A stretch of DNA of 64,000 nucleotides from Planctomycetota bacterium (lineage in GTDB: Bacteria > Planctomycetota > Brocadiia > Brocadiales > Bathyanammoxibiaceae). Positions 8,336 through 18,606 of the stretch are shown in pieces. The notes below the pieces were generated by a model. That model was not told where the DNA came from. It worked only from the letters and a program-made list of their open reading frames with translations, and searched no databases. Location of the stretch: the NCBI GenBank assembly GCA_023261505.1, contig JAHFOV010000001.1:9191-73190 (forward strand). The letters are read 5' to 3'. Made by a program: the position numbers and the translations under genes. Within the stretch, counting starts at the first letter, position 1, and every line of letters begins with the position of its first letter.

Positions 8336-11127
8336 AACCTGTAAATGACCTTGTTAATGAGCTCGTGGAGCCAGGAGGGGGGATGGTTGGGCATCTTGTA
8401 GAATATTTCCCTGGCGGGGGCGAAGAAGGGGCGGAGCTCATTCAATAAGGCAGACTCAGTGGGTTTGGAGGGGAAGGCGGGGTCCATCTCGCTCAACAGG
8501 TAGTAAATGGGGTAGCCAAAGGTATAGTGTTTGTCCAATATTTGGTGCGAGCCAAAACTGGCTAGCATGGGGATGTTAGCCCAGAACTTGTAAAGCTGGT
8601 TATTTCCCTTTATGCATATCCTGGGCTTTCCAAAAGTCTTTACGGCCTCCTGTATGTATCTGGATAGCATAGGATTTATGCCCATCTTTGCTCCACCTAC
8701 CCAATCCACCGCCACAATATCTTCTCCTCCAATAATGGTCATGGTGGGCTGGGGATAAGGGTCTGCAAATATGCCAAAAGGGCCATCAGCACTAACCACT
8801 GCATCAACGAAGCCGAAATGTATAGGAAAGTTCTTTATGTAATCAATAGTGGGCTCATAGATGTCTCCCATCTCGCAGTGATAAGCTTTAAACTTATACT
8901 CCATGGGGAGGGCGCCATAGATATTTTTAATGGTAAGAGTATAGTAGGAATAGGAATGGCTTTTGTTCTTGGCAAAAGAGATGCGGAAGTCAGCCGATTT
9001 CCAGTCCTTATTTACGTAATGCTTGCCCAGCTTCCCACCGTAGTCCCATTCTTCCAGGTTATCAGAGAGGTCCACAATCTGGTATTTGCCCCCCTCTTTG
9101 TAGCCTATATGAAGTGCCACGTTTCTAACGTCACGTTTGTCAAAGAATACGCTGAGGGTGCTCCTTGCCTCTGCAATCTTTATGTTGCGAAAGCCTTTTT
9201 CATATATTCTTTCCACCAAATGTTCCACCAGTGCAGGGTCTGTGTAGGTAGACTTGTCTTTCAATGAGTAGAAGAACATGAAATTGGGTTTGACGATAAT
9301 TGAGAAGTCTTCTCTCTTTTTACCTGATTTAGCTAGAGCACCTTCCAGCGCCTGGAAAAAGCCCGACTCCGCTATTACCTTGTCCAGTAAGACAAATTTT
9401 TCTTCACTGTTGTAGATACTAAGTACTTCTTCCTCGGTAGGAGCGTGTCCGTCCCACTTGTCAGCATCTTTGTAGGTGAATACGGCTACCGTGGCTTCTT
9501 TATCAGAGTTTATGGGAGCAAGGTTTATCGCATCTACACACTCGTGCAGGGCGTAAAAGGTCTTGCCAGCGTTCTCCATCCTGACAATCTTCCTCAGGAG
9601 TACGGCTGTGGGATAGTGGTCATTAACCAGGGTCAGGAGGTCATTACTTACCACGGCAGGCACAGAGGGATTTTCCTCAACGGCCTCCTTTAGCAGGAGA
9701 TTTTTCTTTAAATCCATCTGGTATGTCTTTCCCAGGGCCTTGTCAACCAGGTCCTTAAGATAAAATTCCCTTTCGTTCCTCAGCACATCTGTGCTAATCT
9801 TGAGAAAAAGGGTCTGCCCTGCAGGGTCTATGCCGCAGAGATAATTGTAAAATATAGCAGGTTTTCTCAGGGCATTTATCTCACTCAGTTCCCCTTCGCC
9901 AAAGGTGTTTTTCGGGGCAATAGAATAAGTGGTCTCTCCAAGAGAATTTGTTATCCTTATTGTTCCCCCTAGTACCTTCACACGGTAGGGTGTAATGAAG
10001 TGTCCCAGGAGGGGAAAGAAAGTAAGGTAACTCCTTACCTCGTCCTCAAACTTATCTGGAATTAACCCTGCAAGATTTTCTATAGGCTTGAAGGTTATCC
10101 CCACCTTGTCGTATTGCTGCACTTCCAGGGTGAGTTTAATATCAGCATTAACTTTTTCTATGTTACCCCCTTCCGTATAGTCTTTTATCTCAGAGAAGGA
10201 TACTGAGTTGCCCTGAGTAATCTGATATAGTTCTCCCGTGTAGGTATAATTGTTGTTCTCCAGGTCGACGTCTAGGCCCTTTAGGGCCTGTCTGGTGATG
10301 CCAAAGCGCTGGTAACTTCCCTTACTATCAGAGATGAGCAGGGCGATGTCGCTCATAGTCTCCTCATCACCCCAGGGAAAGCCCTTATCATGTTCGCCCG
10401 AGAAGAAGAAGAACTCTCTTGTCTCCTCTTCTCCCACGCCTTCGGCGGACTTTACAGCTTCCTTATTAAGATTTCCAGAAAGGACGAGGTTTTCGTACCT
10501 TGTGGTGTATAGAAATCTTGGCCCTGGGGTATAAGTCTTCAAGGTCTCTGCCACAAAGAAACTTGCAAACTTGATCCGCGTTGTATACTCTTCCAGAGGG
10601 TTACTTGCCCCAAATACCTCACTGGACTTTAGCATGTTTAAAACAGAGGCAAGGTCTGTGATCCTGAAGTACATTACACCGCTGCCATAGAGCTTGCCTG
10701 TCGCATCTTTTCCTTGGTATATCCTTACAAAGAGTGTGGTGAGGTCCTCTACCAGGTCAACTACTTTATCATTAAAAATGTCTTTGAATCCGAAGAAGTA
10801 GTACTGCTCTCCATCGGGGGAATTAAAGTTAAAGCTGTAGTACATGTTCCTGTGGCCAGTTTCGGGGTCTATATCAAAGAGGTTGAATTTTCCCTTTTTA
10901 ATGGTCATCGCTGTCTCGCCCCCTAGAGACTTACAATAGAACTTCCCCTTTAACCTGGCCTCGTGGGAAGATACCTGGATAAACTTGTCCACAGAATCTA
11001 TCTCGATTTCCACATCAAATTTTATAGGATTCTCGTGCCTTATCCCATAATCCTCCCCGTCCCGGAAATCTCTGATGTTCTCCCCCAGGTAGCCATCCAT
11101 AGTCTCCTCAAAGCTTAGGCCAGGCAT
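8326..11127 (-). CDS. 933-aa protein: unassigned ~550-aa N-terminal region + C-terminal DUF362-like domain
   Basis: GAGGAG SD. The C-terminal third (IIVKPNFMF, NKSHSYSYYTLTIKNIYGALP, VDAVVSADGPFG, IIGGEDIVAVDWVG) matches my memory of DUF362. I recognise no family for the N-terminus. Confidence 0.55.
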   Translation of the reverse strand: MPGLSFEETMDGYLGENIRDFRDGEDYGIRHENPIKFDVEIEIDSVDKFIQVSSHEARLKGKFYCKSLGGETAMTIKKGKFNLFDIDPETGHRNMYYSFNFNSPDGEQYYFFGFKDIFNDKVVDLVEDLTTLFVRIYQGKDATGKLYGSGVMYFRITDLASVLNMLKSSEVFGASNPLEEYTTRIKFASFFVAETLKTYTPGPRFLYTTRYENLVLSGNLNKEAVKSAEGVGEEETREFFFFSGEHDKGFPWGDEETMSDIALLISDSKGSYQRFGITRQALKGLDVDLENNNYTYTGELYQITQGNSVSFSEIKDYTEGGNIEKVNADIKLTLEVQQYDKVGITFKPIENLAGLIPDKFEDEVRSYLTFFPLLGHFITPYRVKVLGGTIRITNSLGETTYSIAPKNTFGEGELSEINALRKPAIFYNYLCGIDPAGQTLFLKISTDVLRNEREFYLKDLVDKALGKTYQMDLKKNLLLKEAVEENPSVPAVVSNDLLTLVNDHYPTAVLLRKIVRMENAGKTFYALHECVDAINLAPINSDKEATVAVFTYKDADKWDGHAPTEEEVLSIYNSEEKFVLLDKVIAESGFFQALEGALAKSGKKREDFSIIVKPNFMFFYSLKDKSTYTDPALVEHLVERIYEKGFRNIKIAEARSTLSVFFDKRDVRNVALHIGYKEGGKYQIVDLSDNLEEWDYGGKLGKHYVNKDWKSADFRISFAKNKSHSYSYYTLTIKNIYGALPMEYKFKAYHCEMGDIYEPTIDYIKNFPIHFGFVDAVVSADGPFGIFADPYPQPTMTIIGGEDIVAVDWVGGAKMGINPMLSRYIQEAVKTFGKPRICIKGNNQLYKFWANIPMLASFGSHQILDKHYTFGYPIYYLLSEMDPAFPSKPTESALLNELRPFFAPAREIFYKMPNHPPSWLHELINKVIYRLWQ

Positions 11128-11171
11128 GGGTATTCTCCTCTTTTAAGTTAGTAAAACCTGCAGTAGCAACT

Positions 11172-11200
11172 GTAGGGGCACGGCGGCGCCGTGCCCCTAC
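11172..11200. repeat. GC-rich hairpin element (GTAGGGGCACGGCG/GCGCCGTGCCCCTAC)
   Basis: gtaggggcacggcggcgccgtgcccctac is a near-perfect 14-bp stem. It sits in the 138-nt gap between two co-directional genes. Confidence 0.8.
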
Positions 11201-11265
11201 ACTGCAAGTAAACGGCAAAAGGTTATCACAATAGGTTATAAAAAATCAAGGAAATTCAGCCTGTT

Positions 11266-12117
11266 CTATGGATTACCTGTAGCCGGCCGCTCGGGAGCTG
11301 GCTGCGATAATGCTCGGCGTAGTGACCATAAGATAAAGATGCAGGTGAAAATATTGAAAAAGGAGAAAAACAAAATAAATCCCTTGAACATCGCGTTACC
11401 CGCTCCGCCTGAAAAGACCCAATACCAATACAAACCTGGCCAGAGCGCTCGATAGTAGCCACTCACTGCAACTGCTTGGCTATAGCGATATACGTCTAGA
11501 TAGCCTAGATACTGAATATAAGCGATGTTGAGCAGGAACAGACCAGTCATTCGAGTCCACCACGGGTCAACAGTAAAAGGGATTCCAAAAAAATTAAGCC
11601 AAAACTTTGGCACTAATATGAAGTTCATGCTGATTAAAAACTCACCTATGGTAAGTATCAGCAGCACCTTTCTCAACAACTCAGGACCTTTTGAATATTC
11701 TACTGCGGTGGCGTCCCCTTTAAAAAAGGGAATATTCAGCCGCCGCATCCCAGACAATATAAACGCACTCACAGTTAAATCGACCACAGCGGATGCTGCG
11801 AACATCCAGTGGAACAAGGTAAAGGGAGCGCCCCAAAGCAATATTCCAGTGATATAGAGAATCGGGGCCGTTAAACGGATACATACTGTCAGGTTCAGAC
11901 AAGTTGCGTAACGGGATGGATTGCGAAAGCCCATGTATTGAATGTAGGTGTACTGATACAGGAATAAACCACAGCAAAGCATGAAAAAGCGTGGTTCAAG
12001 ATGTGGCATGCTTAAAATTTTTTCAGGTAACAAGCGGCAAGAGAAAATGATTCCATTAGCAAGGATGAAATCGAAGGCAGCTAAGGCGAATAACAGCAAG
12101 CGAAGCGAATTTTCCAT
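11266..12117 (-). CDS. Polytopic membrane protein with internal duplication, unknown family
   Basis: GGGAGAA SD and about 8 hydrophobic segments. The two halves share FLYQYTYIQYMGFRNPSRY and FLLNIAYIQYLGYLDVYRY. Confidence 0.6.
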   Translation of the reverse strand: MENSLRLLLFALAAFDFILANGIIFSCRLLPEKILSMPHLEPRFFMLCCGLFLYQYTYIQYMGFRNPSRYATCLNLTVCIRLTAPILYITGILLWGAPFTLFHWMFAASAVVDLTVSAFILSGMRRLNIPFFKGDATAVEYSKGPELLRKVLLILTIGEFLISMNFILVPKFWLNFFGIPFTVDPWWTRMTGLFLLNIAYIQYLGYLDVYRYSQAVAVSGYYRALWPGLYWYWVFSGGAGNAMFKGFILFFSFFNIFTCIFILWSLRRALSQPAPERPATGNP

Positions 12118-12196
12118 GTGTAATTCTCCCTCGCGAATACAGCCCTTTTATAGGCCAATCCGCCGAAAATTAACCCGAATGGTCTCAGCAGTTTCG

Positions 12197-12886
12197 CTAA
12201 GACTGTCGAGGGCTCGGGCGAGCTATGAGCTCTTCTTTAGCTAGCAGCCCAGACAATGAGTAATGCAAAATGAATTCCAAAGGCCAAGAAGCCAAAACGA
12301 GAAATAGTGGTGGAGAAGTGGTGTCACCCTCATAAAGCCAAAGACCACTTTGAGCCCCCAATGTTTCACTCGCACCCCCAACAATCCAGGCAGAGATGGT
12401 CATGCTCAGTACCGTCTGGAAATTCATGCGAAAGGAGACAAACAATCCAAATAGGAATAGAAATGAGTAATAAATCCAAAAGCCGGTACCGAGTTTTCCC
12501 AGAGAATGGGGTACCGTACCGAGCAACAAGCCAAAAAGGACCACTACCATTAGGAGGTTAGGCCAAAGAGGCCCGTAATTGGTCAGCGGGCGCAACAATC
12601 TTTCCAGCCATGTTGTAGTTAATCCGTACATGCAGAGCGCTGTGAATACGAAAGTGAAAGGAACGAAAAAATAAGACTGTTGAGTACCAGTGTAGTGCCA
12701 GAAGCCTTGGCCAACTCCGACTACCTGGGTAATGCATCCAGCCACACCCGCCACTGCTGCAAGGTAGAGTAAGCGCTTAAACGAGATTTTGAAGCCAGCC
12801 ACCCACGCGTCGAATAAGGCCATGACACCCATTAGCAGCGCGAAGGGAAGCCTCACTTTAGAAAAATATCCTTCCCACACGAGCAA
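12197..12886 (-). CDS. Polytopic membrane protein, unknown family (true start probably upstream, up to 13000)
   Basis: The ORF-track start is TTG. The frame stays open for 38 more codons, which include a TM-like segment (NIVLIASIGAIGVW), but contains no ATG/GTG/TTG. CTG at 13000 follows GGGAGGG. Confidence 0.55.
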   Translation of the reverse strand: MLVWEGYFSKVRLPFALLMGVMALFDAWVAGFKISFKRLLYLAAVAGVAGCITQVVGVGQGFWHYTGTQQSYFFVPFTFVFTALCMYGLTTTWLERLLRPLTNYGPLWPNLLMVVVLFGLLLGTVPHSLGKLGTGFWIYYSFLFLFGLFVSFRMNFQTVLSMTISAWIVGGASETLGAQSGLWLYEGDTTSPPLFLVLASWPLEFILHYSLSGLLAKEELIARPSPRQS

Positions 12887-13129
12887 CCAAACCCCAATGG
12901 CGCCTATGGACGCTATCAGGACAATATTTTTAATTCTGAGCTGATCAAAGTAGCTTATGAGAAATCTTGTATCAGGCTTTGAGGTCTTGTAATTAGTCAG
13001 GTTACCCTCCCGCCATTATAAGAAAAGAATAGCAAGCTAGATGGGAAAAAAGTAAGCGGAACGCTAGCCTATGGAATTATAAACATGGCCTGCCTTGAAT
13101 CTCACGCTACTTTTTTCTTTATGTCCAGC

Positions 13130-13158
13130 AATCTAACACAGACCTTTCCCTTTGTCAA
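13130..13158 (-). promoter_or_regulatory. Candidate sigma70-like promoter for the 13000->7331 gene cluster
   Basis: The minus strand reads TTGACA (13158-13153), 17 nt, then TAGATT (13135-13130). A second TTGACA lies 4 nt further upstream. Confidence 0.35.
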
Positions 13159-13354
13159 ATTTTGTCAACCACTGCCTGCCAGCCCAAAATTCTATTCATT
13201 TTGAGGAGGTTTCAGTTTATAGCTATTATAGAGATAAGTGATATGCTTGGGGCAGATAAGAAGTATTGAGCTCCAGGCGGGGGGATTGGATGCCAAGGGC
13301 AGGGGGGAGGAAGCAAGAGGAAGAATTGCTATATGAAAGTCATTTATTGATTTC

Positions 13355-14758
13355 CTATTTGGCCCTTAAGCGTGCGTAGCCTCTGTGAGCCCCAAACCTG
13401 TCCACCCAGGCCAGGCCCACGTCTACCCTATCGCCACTTTTCACCTTGTCTAGAAGTCTGGCCATCTCTTCCAGGCTAGATATCTTGTAGTCACCCAGGC
13501 TTATGATTACCATGCCTGGCTCCATGCCGGCCTCTCCCGCGGGGCTTCTGGGGTCTACCCCAGAGATAAGAACGCCCTCTGTTAACCAGTCAATCCCTAA
13601 CTTAGAGGCAAGCTCCGGGGTGAAGGCCTGCACCTCTAAACCCAGCTTTGCCCGGGCTAATTGTTCCGCAGGAGGTACGGGTAACTTCTCCAATGTAACC
13701 TTGAAGGTCTTTTCTCTGCCATCCCTGTTCACGTGGACGCTGAGTTTATCCCCTGCGTTCTTTTTGAGGAGGTATTTCTCAAACTCAATTACATCAGTAA
13801 CCCGCTTACCGTCCACGGCAGTTACTACATCTCCTGCATGTATCCCAGCCTTCTGGGCAGGGCTCTTCTCCTCCACTGCATCGACCACGACTCCACCCCC
13901 CGCTGGCTCTTTTACCCTGAGTCCCAGCCAGACCCTGTTAATCTCTTGAAAATTAAATAGCTTTACCAGGGCCTCTTTTACCTTATCTACAGGTATCGCA
14001 AAGCCTATGCCCTGGGCGGTGGCTATAATGGCCATGTTTATGCCGATAAGCTCTCCGTTTATATTGACCAGTGGGCCGCCGCTGTTGCCCGGGTTTATCA
14101 AGGCATCTGTCTGGAGGAGACCTTCATACTTAATCTCTCCGTATTTACCTGGGAAGGTTATGGTACGATTGACAGCGCTCATAACCCCTGTGGTAACAGA
14201 GTTTTCAAAGCCCAGGGGGTTACCCAGGGCTACTACCGTCTCTCCAATCATCAGGTCGCTAGAGGTTCCTAAACGAACGTAAGGTAATGGTTTGCCCGCA
14301 TCTATCTTGAGGATTGCCAGGTCAACTTCTGGGTCTGAGCTAATTAACTGTGCCTCATACTGGGAACCATCGGATAGGCTTATTGTGAGTTTAGAGGCTG
14401 CGCTGGTTACGTGTTCATTGGTAACGATATACCCCTCAGGATCAATTATTACGCCTGAACCAAGGGGAGTCTCTACCTTCTTTTTCTCATAAGTACCGAA
14501 GTAACTCTCAAAGAATTCCCTGAAGAGCTCACTCCTGCCAGAAAAGAAGGGGTCTGTGCTGCGCTCTACCACGAGGCGTTCTGTGCTGATATTGGCTACG
14601 GCAGAACCGACCTTTTCTACGGCCTCTACTATCGGGTTTCTTCTTTCGGCACCCTCGGAAAGATTGCAAGGGAACAGCGGGAACAAAAGGCAGAAGATAT
14701 AAATAGGTTTGCAGAGGAACTTGGCGTTAAACGGGGAAAAAAGATTTAAGGGGTTCAA
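13355..14758 (-). CDS. HtrA/DegP-family periplasmic serine protease with two PDZ-like domains
   Basis: Triad contexts are TNEHV, DLAILKI and GNSGGPLVN. The signal-like N-terminus is followed by two C-terminal PDZ-like regions. Confidence 0.9.
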   Translation of the reverse strand: MNPLNLFSPFNAKFLCKPIYIFCLLFPLFPCNLSEGAERRNPIVEAVEKVGSAVANISTERLVVERSTDPFFSGRSELFREFFESYFGTYEKKKVETPLGSGVIIDPEGYIVTNEHVTSAASKLTISLSDGSQYEAQLISSDPEVDLAILKIDAGKPLPYVRLGTSSDLMIGETVVALGNPLGFENSVTTGVMSAVNRTITFPGKYGEIKYEGLLQTDALINPGNSGGPLVNINGELIGINMAIIATAQGIGFAIPVDKVKEALVKLFNFQEINRVWLGLRVKEPAGGGVVVDAVEEKSPAQKAGIHAGDVVTAVDGKRVTDVIEFEKYLLKKNAGDKLSVHVNRDGREKTFKVTLEKLPVPPAEQLARAKLGLEVQAFTPELASKLGIDWLTEGVLISGVDPRSPAGEAGMEPGMVIISLGDYKISSLEEMARLLDKVKSGDRVDVGLAWVDRFGAHRGYARLRAK

Positions 14759-14771
14759 GGGGTTTGAGGCT

Positions 14772-17084
14772 TTATCCGCCTACCGGGGCCTTGGAGGCCT
14801 CTCTTACAGGTTTCTCTTTCATGAGCTTTTCCAGCTTTTCGTGGCTTACCAGGAATACAAAGTCTGAGTCACTGGCCTTGACATAATGCATCCCTTTCTC
14901 AGCCTGGTTGCCCATTGTAATGGACTTCTCTCCTTTATCTGTATTCAAGGTGAGCTTGAAAAGGGGCTTATCAAGGCCGTATTGTGTGAGGTCTTTGGCG
15001 GAGTACTGGGCGATGCTGTCCGCCTTGAGGTTCTTAAGGTGGTAAAGGATGGACTCTATCTCCCTGGTGGCGATGGATTTTTGCTCCGGTTTTATCATCT
15101 CCCAGGCCTCTCCCTTTTTCTGATAGATAACTTCCTTGTCTGGAGTGGCAGTGCCACCTCCGAAGTAAGTGAGGGAGACCCCGGTTACCTCAGGATATTC
15201 AAGTTTGACCAGCATCTTAGAGGCAGGTTCTGATTCCAGGTACCTGACCTCTGTCCAGCTCATCTCAAAAACCAGGTTTCCACCTTGAAGCGTGGCATAA
15301 GAGTTGGCATTTTCGCCCTCTTTTACCTTTTTGCCCACAAAAAGGGTTTTGCTCTCGAGCTTAGGTTCTTTCTCTGCTACAAAGATTTCTCCTTCGGTGG
15401 GGGTGGCCTTGCCACCTTCTGTCTTGCCTTCCATAGGGAGTCCCTGGGCATAAGTGATGGTGACCTTAATCGTGGGAGTATCCAGCCCATAGGGTTTGAG
15501 GTCTTTTGGTCCTTCTTCTACGTACCTGTCGGCCTTGAGGAAGGACAGTGACCAAATAATATTATTAGTCAGTTCCTCATCAGCCTCCACTACCAGCGGC
15601 TCCTTTAGTAACCAATTTTCTTTTTGCCCTTGCTCCTTTTCTAATAGGAAGCGTTTATTGTCCCTTTCCATCACCAGCTTTTGGGCCTTATCCCTGTTGA
15701 ATTCCAGTACCAACCTGTCTCTGAATGCCAGGTAACCACGTGTGGCCGGGTCATAGAGTTTTTCAGCCTTTACAGAAAAGACGGGTTCTTCTCCGGTTCT
15801 CTTGATGTAGCAGAGGGCACCCCGTTCGTCTTTCCTGCCTATCTGGAGTCTTATAGGCTTAGTGGGATCATCCTTCAGGGTAATAGTAATGTCTGCCTCA
15901 GGTTGGTCCAAGCCGTAAGGGGCTAAGTTCCCGGTTTTATCGGCTACAAAATTTTGTATCTCTAGCTCCTTAATAGTTTCCAGGAAGCCCTTGAAGGTGT
16001 CTCTATCTGCAAGGACGTTCACGGGCTGGGTAATGAGGTAATCGTATTCCTTGGTCTTTTCTATAATTATATTTTGATCTCTGGTTTTTAGTTCTACCTT
16101 TGAGACATAAAGCGGGTCGAACCTGGCAAGCTTTTTATCCCTGAGTTCGTTTGGATGCCTCTTCAGGAGGCTTACCGTGTTATCCTTGAGGAAGAATAGG
16201 GCAGATTCTTCCAGGCGTTTGGCGTATATCTTGTTGTCTCTGGTATTTCCCAGCAGTAGAGTTTGGGTCTTACCTTTCTCCTGGACTGTAGCAGTCAGTT
16301 GGGAGTTTGCTAAACCAAATTTATCCAGATCGACCGCTTCATCCGTAATAAAATCCTCCTTTTTTAGAGTCAATCCCCTCAGGTTGTGAATGACCCCCAT
16401 GATCTTTTCATTGTCACCCTTATCGGTTACGGGGCTTTCAAGTCTCCAATTTTCCCCCTCTTTGAAGCATCGGATGCCTTCACCTGTTGCGTAGCGTAGT
16501 TCCAATCTCTGGACTGCGTTGGGATCAATCTCAAAGATATCCTTGCTCCTGAGGTCATTGAGGGACTTGGCAAGTTTATCCATAAGGGTACCTTTGACCA
16601 TATAGACTTCTTTGCCGCCTTCATGCCTCATATATACTTCAGTACCCCCAGCCCTCCTTGCGCCGACGTAGAAGGTATATTTGTCTGACTGGGTAGGGCC
16701 AGTCCAGTAGGAGGTCTCTATCTGGGGCTTATCCAGTCCGTAGCTAGCCAGGTCCACTGGTTTTCCTCCCTCAGGGGAAATAGTGCCTATTTTGCTAAGA
16801 AATTCTAGCTCGGATAGGATGCTCTTGACCTCTGTGGCATCGGCTCTAGCCGGCCTGGGCTTTTCTAATACCCAGCGTCCTTCCTCTAGCTTTTTGATGA
16901 GGAAGGTTCCATCTTCTTTCTTTATCTCTATCTGGCTTACTCTCTCAGGTTTAAATTCTGTGAATACCTTTGCCTGCTGTAGCTCCCACTCCTCGGTAGA
17001 GGGTTTTTTCTTCTCATAGAGCTGGATAAAGAGGATGAGTATGACAGCAACGCCCAGTAGTATAAGGGTGGTTTTTAGACGCAT
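14772..17084 (-). CDS. DUF4340-like repeat protein associated with GldG-type ABC systems
   Basis: An N-terminal TM (TLILLGVAVILILF) is followed by repeated modules ending in YGLDKP/YGLDQP/YGLDTP. It lies immediately downstream of the GldG-like gene. Confidence 0.65.
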   Translation of the reverse strand: MRLKTTLILLGVAVILILFIQLYEKKKPSTEEWELQQAKVFTEFKPERVSQIEIKKEDGTFLIKKLEEGRWVLEKPRPARADATEVKSILSELEFLSKIGTISPEGGKPVDLASYGLDKPQIETSYWTGPTQSDKYTFYVGARRAGGTEVYMRHEGGKEVYMVKGTLMDKLAKSLNDLRSKDIFEIDPNAVQRLELRYATGEGIRCFKEGENWRLESPVTDKGDNEKIMGVIHNLRGLTLKKEDFITDEAVDLDKFGLANSQLTATVQEKGKTQTLLLGNTRDNKIYAKRLEESALFFLKDNTVSLLKRHPNELRDKKLARFDPLYVSKVELKTRDQNIIIEKTKEYDYLITQPVNVLADRDTFKGFLETIKELEIQNFVADKTGNLAPYGLDQPEADITITLKDDPTKPIRLQIGRKDERGALCYIKRTGEEPVFSVKAEKLYDPATRGYLAFRDRLVLEFNRDKAQKLVMERDNKRFLLEKEQGQKENWLLKEPLVVEADEELTNNIIWSLSFLKADRYVEEGPKDLKPYGLDTPTIKVTITYAQGLPMEGKTEGGKATPTEGEIFVAEKEPKLESKTLFVGKKVKEGENANSYATLQGGNLVFEMSWTEVRYLESEPASKMLVKLEYPEVTGVSLTYFGGGTATPDKEVIYQKKGEAWEMIKPEQKSIATREIESILYHLKNLKADSIAQYSAKDLTQYGLDKPLFKLTLNTDKGEKSITMGNQAEKGMHYVKASDSDFVFLVSHEKLEKLMKEKPVREASKAPVGG

Positions 17085-17090
17085 CTCTGC

Positions 17091-18599
17091 CTACCTCCTC
17101 CTTCTCCACCATACGTAGCCGCCCATGACAAGGCCCAGCCCGGGTAGCCCTGCAACCGATATCCAGTAAATAAGCTTCATCTGTTTGGGGTCTATGACAG
17201 CACGTCTGACGTCCGGAGGTTTGGCGGAGATACCCAGTTGGGTCTCCTTCTGTGCCAGCCAGTTGATGCTGTTGAGGAAGATATCTCTATTACCTGGGTG
17301 ACCGGAATACTCATTTGCTGCAAAATCCACATCCCCAAAGACCACAATCCTTGGGCTCTGGGGAGGTTTTTCCTCAGGAATGGTACCGTGGGCCATTGAG
17401 GCCTGGGCTGCAGTGTCTACTGGCTCGGCTGTAACGGCGATGGTAATAGGCCCAGGTATGTCCTTATCCTGGTTGAATTCAGGTTTTTCCTTCCCTCCTA
17501 TGCTTGTCTCTCCCCAGCTATTATCGGGTCCCATGGCCAGGTGTCTTGCCTGGAATGGTTTTTCCTTGGTAGGGGGCTTGCTTTCTATTACGCAGGCTCC
17601 AAAAAAGACACTGGTGAGTGACCTCATATTACGGGTTATCTTATGCTCTGGATACCTTTCCTCGTTTACGTATATCTCGGCCACGGTCTGTAGACCATAA
17701 AAGGGTAGCTGTACCTTATTGTAGACAACGGCATTAGTTTTGACCTCCACATTGTACTCCTTGAGGAGGTCCTCAAGGCCCGTTCGGCTGTAAGGACCAA
17801 ATGCAGGTTCCAGGAGCACTAAGAGGTTACCTTTCTTTTCATCCAGATAGTTTCTAATAATGGCCAGCTCCTCAGAGGTGAAGGCCTTGGTAGGCCCTGC
17901 AATGACAAGGAGATTACAGTCATTAGGAATCTCTTTCCTAGTCAGCAGGTCCAGGGGTATTATACGGTAGTTGTCCCGCTTTAGGGCAGTAGAGACCTCA
18001 GAGAAGCCTGCTTGCTCATAGTCCTCTAACCCTCTTTCTCCGTGTCCGGTAGTAAAGAAGATTGCCTCCTGTTCGGGTTGCGTGACACTGAGGATAGCGG
18101 CGGTAAAGGCTTCCTCTCCCTTGAATTTGAAGGGAAATTTCCTTTCGATAACATCAGCTTGACCCACGTGCTTGGCCTTATCCCCACACTCGAATATCAC
18201 TGAGTTAATCTGTATCTCCTCGGCCTTTATTCGTTGGGTAAGCTCGCGCAAACGGCTTGGGTTACGGATTGGGTCTATGTGTACAAGTTTTATATTCTTG
18301 GAGGCATAGGTATACTCCTGGAGTATGTCCACTACCCTTTCGTAGAAGAGTTCCGAAGGGTTAAAGAGGACTGTTACTGTTACTGGTTTATCCAGCCCTT
18401 TGAGGATGTTCTTGGTCTTGGTGGAAAGGGAAAACCTCCCAGTGGAAGTGAAATCAATGCGTGCGTAATGTCGGCTGTTAAGGTAACTTACTATGCCAAA
18501 TAGGCCTATGGCAACAAGGGTCATTAGAAGCACATTGGCCCCTATTACCGTTTTTTTTCTGAGTAGCTGATTTATGTCGAATCTCTTCTTAACATCCAA
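17091..18599 (-). CDS. GldG-like auxiliary component of ABC transport system
   Basis: It has N- and C-terminal TM anchors and a large periplasmic region. Its operon position follows the ABC-2 permease and ATPase. Confidence 0.7.
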   Translation of the reverse strand: MDVKKRFDINQLLRKKTVIGANVLLMTLVAIGLFGIVSYLNSRHYARIDFTSTGRFSLSTKTKNILKGLDKPVTVTVLFNPSELFYERVVDILQEYTYASKNIKLVHIDPIRNPSRLRELTQRIKAEEIQINSVIFECGDKAKHVGQADVIERKFPFKFKGEEAFTAAILSVTQPEQEAIFFTTGHGERGLEDYEQAGFSEVSTALKRDNYRIIPLDLLTRKEIPNDCNLLVIAGPTKAFTSEELAIIRNYLDEKKGNLLVLLEPAFGPYSRTGLEDLLKEYNVEVKTNAVVYNKVQLPFYGLQTVAEIYVNEERYPEHKITRNMRSLTSVFFGACVIESKPPTKEKPFQARHLAMGPDNSWGETSIGGKEKPEFNQDKDIPGPITIAVTAEPVDTAAQASMAHGTIPEEKPPQSPRIVVFGDVDFAANEYSGHPGNRDIFLNSINWLAQKETQLGISAKPPDVRRAVIDPKQMKLIYWISVAGLPGLGLVMGGYVWWRRRR

Positions 18600-18606
18600 A
18601 GCTTTA

